DNA of 64,000 bases from Clostridiales bacterium. GTDB lineage: Bacteria > Bacillota > Clostridia > Oscillospirales > Acutalibacteraceae. Position 1 is the stretch's first letter, and every line of letters begins with the position of its first letter. Positions 57,127 through 64,000 of this stretch are shown in pieces. The notes under the pieces were generated by a model. That model ran no database searches. It saw only the letters and a program-made list of their open reading frames with translations, and was not told the origin of the DNA. A program made the position numbers and the translations under genes. The stretch lies in the NCBI GenBank assembly GCA_024697575.1, contig JAILFM010000128.1, positions 7,973 through 71,972 of the forward strand. Reading direction: 5' to 3'.

Positions 57127-57190
57127 ATAAGGCAATAAATATATGCAAATATATTAGGAATAACTATATTATACAGAAAGGTTTAATGTT

Positions 57191-57556
57191 ATGAAATCAT
57201 TGGCAGAACTTGCCGCGATCAGAGAAAAAATGAAGGATAAGGTTATCCTTCGTGAAGGATCGGGCGAAACAAGAGTAGTTGTCGGTATGGCAACATGCGG
57301 TATTGCCGCCGGCGCAAGACCGGTTCTTAACGCATTTGTCGAGGAAGTGAGCAAACAGGGTCTTTCAGAAAAGGTCACCGTTGCGCAGACAGGCTGCATA
57401 GGTGTTTGCCGCTTTGAACCGGTTGTTGAAATTTTTGAAGCCGGTAAAGAAAAGGTCACTTATGTCAAGATGACAGCCGATAAAGCAAGGGAAGTTGTTG
57501 AAAAACATCTTAAGGGCGGCAATGTCATAACAGAATATTTAATCACAAACGTATAA
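57191..57556 (+). CDS. Thioredoxin-like [2Fe-2S] ferredoxin subunit (HydD/HndB-like)
   Basis: VGMATCGIAAGA, TGCIGVCRFEP. Confidence 0.85.
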   Translation: MKSLAELAAIREKMKDKVILREGSGETRVVVGMATCGIAAGARPVLNAFVEEVSKQGLSEKVTVAQTGCIGVCRFEPVVEIFEAGKEKVTYVKMTADKAREVVEKHLKGGNVITEYLITNV

Positions 57557-57574
57557 TTTGGAGGGCAAAAAACT

Positions 57575-59389
57575 ATGATTCGTTCACAGGTTTTAATCTG
57601 CGGCGGCACCGGCTGCACCTCTTCGGGCAGCAAGCTTCTTATCTCATCCTTTGAAGAAGAGATAAAGAAGAACGGAATTGAGGATGAAATCAAAATCGTT
57701 CCCACCGGTTGCTTCGGTCTTTGCGAAAAAGGTCCCGTTGTCATTGTCTACCCCGAAGGGACTTTTTACAGCCATGTCGCAAAAGATGATGTTCCTGAAA
57801 TCGTCGAAGAACACCTTCTCAAGGGTCGCCCGGTTACAAGGCTTGTTTACAATGATGTTGCTGAAGAAGTTAAAGAGGATGTTAATGAGGAAGCGACAAA
57901 AACCGCTTCACTTAATGACACTACCTTTTACAAGGCGCAGAAAAGAGTTGCCCTTCGCAACTGCGGTCTTATAAACCCCGAAAGTATTGATGAATATATC
58001 GCCATGGACGGCTATTCGGCTTTGGGCAAGGTCCTCACCGAAATGACACCGAAGGATGTTATCAAGTGCATTACAGACTCCGGTCTTCGCGGCAGAGGCG
58101 GCGGCGGCTTCCCGACCGGCAGAAAATGGTCATTCACAGCCGCCAACAAAGCCGATCAGAAGTATGTTGTTTGTAACGCCGACGAGGGTGACCCCGGAGC
58201 ATTCATGGACCGTTCGGTTCTTGAAGGCGATCCGCACTGCATCGTGGAAGCGATGGCAATCTGCGGCTACGCGACGGGCGCAACAGAGGGCTATGTTTAT
58301 GTCAGAGCGGAATATCCGATAGCGGTAAAACGCCTTCAGATTGCCATTAATCAGGCTAAGGAATACGGGCTTTTAGGCAAAAATATTTTTGACTCGGGCT
58401 TTGATTTCGACCTTCATATCCGTCTTGGCGCAGGCGCTTTCGTTTGCGGTGAAGAAACAGCTCTCATGACCTCAATCGAGGGCAACCGCGGCGAGCCGCG
58501 TCCCCGTCCGCCGTACCCTGCAGTAAAGGGCCTTTTCGGAAAACCGACGACTGAAAATAACGTTGAAACCTTTGCCAATATCCCGCAGATTATCCTCAAG
58601 GGCGCCGAATGGTTCGCGTCAATGGGTACGGAAAAATCAAAGGGCACAAAGGTCTTTGCTCTCGGCGGTAAAATAGCCAACACGGGTCTTGTTGAAATAC
58701 CAATGGGCACAACTCTTCGCCAGATTATCGAAGATATCGGCGGCGGTGTTCCCAACGGCAAAAAGTTCAAAGCCGCCCAGACAGGCGGACCTTCCGGCGG
58801 CTGTATCCCGGCAAGCCTCATCGATACACCGATTGACTACGACAACCTCACCGCAATCGGCTGCATGATGGGCTCCGGCGGTCTGATTGTTATGGACGAA
58901 GACAACTGTATGGTTGACATTGCCAAGTTCTTCCTTGACTTTACGGTCGACGAAAGCTGCGGCAAGTGTGCTCCGTGCCGCATCGGTACCATGAGGATGA
59001 AGGAAATCCTTGAAAAGATAACTTCCGGCAACGGTACTCTTGAAGATATTGACAAGCTTGAAGAACTCGCAAAATATATCAAAGAGAATTCACTTTGCGG
59101 TCTTGGTCAAACAGCACCGAATCCTGTTCTTGCCACACTGAAATTCTTCAGAGAAGAATATATCGCCCATGTTGTTGAAAAGAGATGCCCCGCCGGCGTT
59201 TGCAAGGCTCTTCTTAACTATAAAATTGATCCGGTTAAATGTAAGGGCTGCACAAAGTGCGCAAGGAACTGCCCGGTCGGCGCAATCACCGGCAAAGTCA
59301 AAGAGGCACATGTTATCGACACAGCTAAATGCATTAAGTGCGGCGCCTGTATGGGCAACTGCAACTTCGGTGCTATCAGCAGGAGCTAA
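57575..59389 (+). CDS. NAD-binding flavo-Fe-S subunit (HydB/HndC/NuoF-like)
   Basis: N-terminal [2Fe-2S]; GRGGGGFPTG, NADEGDPGAFMDR, GAGAFVCGEETAL, SCGKCAPCR and a C-terminal 2x[4Fe-4S]. Confidence 0.93.
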   Translation: MIRSQVLICGGTGCTSSGSKLLISSFEEEIKKNGIEDEIKIVPTGCFGLCEKGPVVIVYPEGTFYSHVAKDDVPEIVEEHLLKGRPVTRLVYNDVAEEVKEDVNEEATKTASLNDTTFYKAQKRVALRNCGLINPESIDEYIAMDGYSALGKVLTEMTPKDVIKCITDSGLRGRGGGGFPTGRKWSFTAANKADQKYVVCNADEGDPGAFMDRSVLEGDPHCIVEAMAICGYATGATEGYVYVRAEYPIAVKRLQIAINQAKEYGLLGKNIFDSGFDFDLHIRLGAGAFVCGEETALMTSIEGNRGEPRPRPPYPAVKGLFGKPTTENNVETFANIPQIILKGAEWFASMGTEKSKGTKVFALGGKIANTGLVEIPMGTTLRQIIEDIGGGVPNGKKFKAAQTGGPSGGCIPASLIDTPIDYDNLTAIGCMMGSGGLIVMDEDNCMVDIAKFFLDFTVDESCGKCAPCRIGTMRMKEILEKITSGNGTLEDIDKLEELAKYIKENSLCGLGQTAPNPVLATLKFFREEYIAHVVEKRCPAGVCKALLNYKIDPVKCKGCTKCARNCPVGAITGKVKEAHVIDTAKCIKCGACMGNCNFGAISRS

Positions 59390-59407
59390 TTCAGGAGGAA
59401 GTCAACA

Positions 59408-61150
59408 ATGGAAAATGTAAATATTAAAATCAATAATGTTGAATACAGCGTTCCCGCCGGAATTTCAATCCTTGAGGCTGCAAGATACGCCGGTATTGAA
59501 ATCCCCACTCTCTGCTATTTGAAAGAAATCAACGAAATCGGCGCCTGCCGTATGTGCATGGTTGAAGTCAAGGGCGCACGCTCAATGGTCACCGCCTGCG
59601 TTTACCCCGTAAACGAAGGTATGGAGATTTTTACCAACACCGAAAAAGTCAGAACCAGCCGCAGACACACTCTTGAACTTATTCTTTCAACTCACCGTAA
59701 AGAATGCCTTTCATGCATTCGCTCGGGGACCTGCGAGCTTCAGGCTCTTTGCAAGGAATTCGGCGTCACAGATGAAAACGCATTCGCAGGCGCTGTGCCT
59801 GAGTTTGAGTTTGACGATTCCGCCGCTCATATGATAAGAGATAACAGCAAATGTATCCTCTGCCGCCGCTGTGTTGCCGCTTGCCAGCAGCAGGATGTTG
59901 CGGTTATCGGCGCAAACGCCCGCGGCTTTGACACTCATATTTCATCGGCCTTTGACAGAGACCTGGCGAATGTGTCCTGCATTTCCTGCGGACAATGCAT
60001 CGTCAACTGCCCCACCGGCGCTATTTATGAAAAAGATGACACCGATAAAGTCCTTGCCGCAATTAACGATCCGTCAAAGTTTGTCGTTGTTCACACTGCG
60101 CCGTCAATCAGGGTTACCCTCGGCGAAGCGTTCGGATACAGAATCGGTACAAATGTACAGGGCAAAATGGTTGCCGCATTGAGAAGACTCGGTTTCAACA
60201 AGGTTTTTGACACCGATTTTGCAGCTGACCTTACGATCATTGAGGAGTCAAACGAGCTGCTTGAAAGAATCACCAACGGCGGCACACTTCCCATGATTAC
60301 ATCCTGTTCACCCGGATGGGTCAAATATTGCGAACATTATTATCCCGAGCAGCTTAAGCACCTTTCAACCTGCAAATCACCGCAGCAGATGTTCGGCGCA
60401 ACAATCAAAACATGGTATGCCAAAAAAATGGGAATTGACCCGAAGGATATTGTCGTTGTCGGCATTATGCCCTGCACAGCAAAGAAATTTGAGGCGCAGC
60501 GTGACGATCAGTCGGCATCCGGCTACCCCGATATTGATATTTCTCTTACAACAAGAGAACTTGCAAGAATGATTCAGTCGGCAGGCATCTTCTTCCGCAG
60601 ACTTCCGGATGAAGAGTTTGACAGTCCTCTCGGCGATGCTTCGGGCGCCGGCGTAATTTTCGGCGCAACCGGCGGTGTTATGGAAGCGGCGTTAAGAACA
60701 GCAGTTGAGAAACTGACAGGCAAGGAACTTAAGGATGTCGAGTTCACCGATGTTCGCGGCACAAAGGGTATCAAAGAAGCAACTTATAATGTAAACGGTC
60801 AGGAAATCAAGGTCTGCGCCGCCAGCGGAATCGCAAACGCCAAAATCGTTATGGAGCAAATTAAAAACGGCACTTCGCCCTACACCTTTATAGAAATAAT
60901 GGCGTGTCCGGGCGGCTGTGTAAACGGCGGCGGTCAGCCGGTTCAGCACGCAGTTGTTCGTAACTTCAACGATCTGAAATCAAGAAGGGCGGCGGCTCTG
61001 TATGAAGCGGACAAAAATCTTCCCGTAAGAAAATCACACGAAAACCCCGCTATCAAGACAGTTTATAAAGAGTTTTTCGGCGAACCCGGCTCACACAAAG
61101 CGCATGAAGTTCTTCACACAAGCTATGTTGCAAGACCCAAATACAAATAA
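59408..61150 (+). CDS. hydA: [FeFe]-hydrogenase catalytic subunit (group A3, HydA/HndD-like)
   Basis: Canonical H-cluster motifs TSCSPGW, MPCTAKKFE and EIMACPGGCVNGGG; N-terminal F-clusters; HEVLHTSY small-subunit tail. Confidence 0.94.
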   Translation: MENVNIKINNVEYSVPAGISILEAARYAGIEIPTLCYLKEINEIGACRMCMVEVKGARSMVTACVYPVNEGMEIFTNTEKVRTSRRHTLELILSTHRKECLSCIRSGTCELQALCKEFGVTDENAFAGAVPEFEFDDSAAHMIRDNSKCILCRRCVAACQQQDVAVIGANARGFDTHISSAFDRDLANVSCISCGQCIVNCPTGAIYEKDDTDKVLAAINDPSKFVVVHTAPSIRVTLGEAFGYRIGTNVQGKMVAALRRLGFNKVFDTDFAADLTIIEESNELLERITNGGTLPMITSCSPGWVKYCEHYYPEQLKHLSTCKSPQQMFGATIKTWYAKKMGIDPKDIVVVGIMPCTAKKFEAQRDDQSASGYPDIDISLTTRELARMIQSAGIFFRRLPDEEFDSPLGDASGAGVIFGATGGVMEAALRTAVEKLTGKELKDVEFTDVRGTKGIKEATYNVNGQEIKVCAASGIANAKIVMEQIKNGTSPYTFIEIMACPGGCVNGGGQPVQHAVVRNFNDLKSRRAAALYEADKNLPVRKSHENPAIKTVYKEFFGEPGSHKAHEVLHTSYVARPKYK

Positions 61151-61164
61151 AAGCACTGTAAAAA

Positions 61165-61196
61165 AACAGCCTCAATCCTTTCGGATTGGGGCTGTT
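61165..61196. terminator. Hairpin between convergent hydA and aldolase genes
   Basis: AACAGCCTCAATCC-TTTC-GGATTGGGGCTGTT stem-loop. Confidence 0.75.
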
Positions 61197-61220
61197 GCCT
61201 TAGTAACCATATGTTTTTTA

Positions 61221-62417
61221 TTATTTTTCGGCCTGTTTTGAATACTTCTTAAGATATATTAATCTCATTAGAATTGATTCAATGGGGTTAATTACTTTTG
61301 AAGCGGTGTATATATAAGAAGCAAGCTCCGCAAGGGCACTTTTTGACATAATCATATCAACCGCTTCAGCATCACCGCCATTTTTGCCGCAACATAAAGC
61401 TCCGCTGTTTTTAACAAGAACGGCATTTTTGCCTTTGATTTTTTTAACTATCTTTTCACAGCTTTTAGCAACCTTGACCCTTGTGCCGCAAATCTGGGCA
61501 AAGTCATCCAGCCTCGGCTTCATTTTGCGACCGATTATCGACACGGCCGTCACTTCATCATCAGCATTATGAAGAATATTTCTGAAATCGGGATTTGACA
61601 AATAAATATCCCTGTGCGCCCTTGCAAACGCGGAGACAGGAGCATCACTTTCACCCGTTGTAAGGTTCATAACGGCTTTTTCACCGTTTCCGACACAGGT
61701 GAATGTGATTTCACCCTTATTTCTGTCGCACTCGCTGTTGTAAAGCAGTGTTCCGTCAGGCTTAGTGTTTTCACAAGCGCTGAGTCTTTCAACAATACAA
61801 TCACAGAGCCCGCCGATATCCGAAACAACTGTGTCAAATTTATCCCTTAATCCGTCAAAAAGATATTCCAGGCTGATTTTTTCAAGCTCAGAAGCAACAG
61901 CAAACGCTTCTTCACTGTCTTTGCCGAAACACAGAGCGCCGTGGTGAGCCATAATAACCGCTTTTGAATTCGACTCCTTTAAAGCGCCGATAACGCCTTT
62001 TTTCAGCTTTTTGGTGCCGGGCAGTCCGTATGAACCGATAAGAACACCGTCACCGATTATTTCAGCCGATTCGCCGAAAACAGCGTTAACGCCGGTTTTC
62101 AAGACGCTGACGGCTGATGCCGCTTTCTGATGCGTATGGATAACAAAATTAGCTTCCGGATGAATTTTGTATACTTCGGCATGAACTCCTTTTTCGGAAG
62201 ACGGCTTTACGTCACCCGACCAGAAAAGGTCGGCGATTTTCACCTCAACAATATCATCGGCGGTCAGGCCGATATATGGCTTGCCGCTGGGGGTTATAAC
62301 AAAGGTGTCAGCGTCAACGCGGCAACTGACGTTGCCCCATGTACGGGCTATCAGTCCGCTTTCAACAAGTCTTTCACCGGCTTTAATAACTTCAAGCTTA
62401 GCGTTAAGAATATCCAT
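61221..62417 (-). CDS. Class II aldolase/adducin-family protein with a duplicated domain
   Basis: N-domain TWGNVS, ITPSG, PSSEKGVH, HTHQ and AHHG; second domain similar but degenerate. Confidence 0.8.
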   Translation of the reverse strand: MDILNAKLEVIKAGERLVESGLIARTWGNVSCRVDADTFVITPSGKPYIGLTADDIVEVKIADLFWSGDVKPSSEKGVHAEVYKIHPEANFVIHTHQKAASAVSVLKTGVNAVFGESAEIIGDGVLIGSYGLPGTKKLKKGVIGALKESNSKAVIMAHHGALCFGKDSEEAFAVASELEKISLEYLFDGLRDKFDTVVSDIGGLCDCIVERLSACENTKPDGTLLYNSECDRNKGEITFTCVGNGEKAVMNLTTGESDAPVSAFARAHRDIYLSNPDFRNILHNADDEVTAVSIIGRKMKPRLDDFAQICGTRVKVAKSCEKIVKKIKGKNAVLVKNSGALCCGKNGGDAEAVDMIMSKSALAELASYIYTASKVINPIESILMRLIYLKKYSKQAEK

Positions 62418-62445
62418 TATATTACCCTTTTATATGTCAGTCGAT

Positions 62446-63915
62446 TCAGCCTATAAAACCAACCTTTGAGAACACACGGTCAAACGCCGCAAGGGCATTT
62501 TCAACATCCTCATCGGTATAAGCTGCATTGGTGTAAAGCCTGGAGCCGGCAAGGGTTACAAGACCTTCCGCCATATAAGCGGCGCCCATATGGGTCATCT
62601 CCTGCTTACGGACATTTGTTTCATCAAGAACTTTCGGAACTGTCCACAGCTTCTTCCAGTTAATAGAGAAATTGAGCGTACCGACAGTTTCAAGGTGACA
62701 GATTGAGCCCTGGTTAAATGCGACGAACGGCAGGTTGTATTTCGCAATAAGCTGCTGAAGACCGGCGGTAATCTTATCGCCGACCAAAGCCGCTTTGTAG
62801 CATGCGTCCGCCTTTTCCATCTCTTCGAGCATTGTATATCCGGCAACGCATGAAAGCGGGTTGGCGCTCATTGTGCCGCCGCAGAATGCTTTGTGTATTT
62901 TCTGGTTGCCGTCAAGACCCGCGCCGAGGTACTTCATGTATTCTTTCTTTCCGCCAAGACCGCCTGCACCGGGATATCCGCCGGCAATAACCTTGCCGAA
63001 AACCGTCAGATCGGGGGATACGCCGAAATAACCCTGTGCGCCGTTCATGCTCACACGGAAAGCTGTGACAACTTCATCGAATATAAGAAGCGCGCCGTAC
63101 TTGCGGCAAAGTCTCTCGACTCCTCTGCAGAAATTTTTGTCAACCGGTCTTGAACCGCTTTCGGGGCCGATAGGCTCAAGCATGACCGCGGCTGTACCGC
63201 CGCAAAGCCTGTTCGCGCGAAGCTTTCTCTCAAGATCGTTTAAGTCACCGGGGAAGAACTCTTCAGTGTCTTTGAATATGAACATAGGCACGCCGTGCGC
63301 CTGGGTCCACTTTGTGCCGGGTATACGTATACCGTAGCCAAGCTGGTCTGACCAGCCGTGATATGCGCCGCCCATTTTGAGAATCTTCTTTTTGCCGGTT
63401 GCAAGCCTTGCAACACGGATGGCGCACATACAGGCCTCGGTGCCTGAACCGAGCATACGGAACATATCAACATTGGGAATTAAATCCGCAACTTTTTTGC
63501 CGAGTTTATATTCATACTCATGGAAAAGACCTGTTGACGGACCGCAGTTGTTAAGAAGCTCGATAACCTTTTCACGCACTGCCGGCGGATTTGAGCCGAG
63601 AACCGTCGGCCCTCCGGCCTGAAGGAAGTCATAATACCTGTTGCCGTCAATATCATAAAGATATGCGCCGTCAGCCTTTGTGAATACAAGGGGAAACGGG
63701 TAATTAAACGCAAGGTTGTGCTGAACACCGCCGGGTATGACGGTCTTCGCCTTTGAGATCATTTCTTTTGACTTTTTGCACTTTTTGTCAAAATAATTCT
63801 TTTCATATTCCTTCAAAGCGTCGGGCTTAATGGAATAAATTGGGTTTTTAATAAGTTCGTCAAGCTGCTTTTGAACCTTGGCGGCGTCGGGATAAGTGAT
63901 AATTCCGGGATTCAT
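62446..63915 (-). CDS. Class III PLP aminotransferase (GSA-aminomutase-like)
   Basis: PGGVQHN, GAYLYDIDGNRYYD, SGTEACM, GAYHG, FDEVVTAFR and FGKVIAGG. Start set at MNPGII (63915). Confidence 0.87.
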   Translation of the reverse strand: MNPGIITYPDAAKVQKQLDELIKNPIYSIKPDALKEYEKNYFDKKCKKSKEMISKAKTVIPGGVQHNLAFNYPFPLVFTKADGAYLYDIDGNRYYDFLQAGGPTVLGSNPPAVREKVIELLNNCGPSTGLFHEYEYKLGKKVADLIPNVDMFRMLGSGTEACMCAIRVARLATGKKKILKMGGAYHGWSDQLGYGIRIPGTKWTQAHGVPMFIFKDTEEFFPGDLNDLERKLRANRLCGGTAAVMLEPIGPESGSRPVDKNFCRGVERLCRKYGALLIFDEVVTAFRVSMNGAQGYFGVSPDLTVFGKVIAGGYPGAGGLGGKKEYMKYLGAGLDGNQKIHKAFCGGTMSANPLSCVAGYTMLEEMEKADACYKAALVGDKITAGLQQLIAKYNLPFVAFNQGSICHLETVGTLNFSINWKKLWTVPKVLDETNVRKQEMTHMGAAYMAEGLVTLAGSRLYTNAAYTDEDVENALAAFDRVFSKVGFIG

Positions 63916-64000
63916 AAGAACTCCTCCGATAATAGTGATTATGATTATATTAAGTAAAACCCGGTGATTGCTCACCAATGTTTAATATAACTGTTTTTTA

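Noticed and set aside
62446-63915. Gene symbol hemL
   Set aside because: Family match only; no tetrapyrrole context, so the symbol was withheld.
1-64000. Many 60-210-aa antisense or alternate-frame ORFs in the track (e.g. 37309-37887, 37838-38473, 45099-45587)
   Set aside because: They lie within well-supported genes, lack SD sites or motifs, and are expected shadows at this GC content.
1-64000. Selenocysteine or stop read-through, pseudogenes
   Set aside because: All recognised genes are full length with no in-frame TGA interrupting a conserved domain.

Overview
A 64-kb chromosomal stretch from an anaerobic Firmicute (gene content suggests Clostridia, probably Oscillospirales; inference). 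It is mostly housekeeping: fba, an RluA-family synthase, a long minus-strand run gyrB-gyrA-mgsA-hisS-aspS-serC-serA, rpsO-pnp, glyA, coaD, rsmD, tRNA-Gly(GCC) and greA-lysS. It also holds a ten-gene [FeFe]-hydrogenase locus with an embedded signalling cassette. There is no prophage, integrase, transposase or CRISPR array. The most unusual items are: (1) a 980-aa in-frame fusion of an intact RfbD/RmlD to a membrane-anchored LysM-G5-M23 peptidase, with a T5 run, a hairpin and a -1-frame stop exactly at the junction; (2) a 1248-aa MMPL transporter whose C-terminal half has its own SD, GTG start and lipoprotein signal, under a TetR with two perfect operators; (3) a 164-bp MITE-like element that supplies the C-terminus of an acyltransferase, plus a collapsed second copy; (4) a 1908-aa secreted dockerin-bearing protein; (5) an orphan class III aminotransferase next to a duplicated class II aldolase. 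All calls come from motif recognition by eye; no database searches were run.
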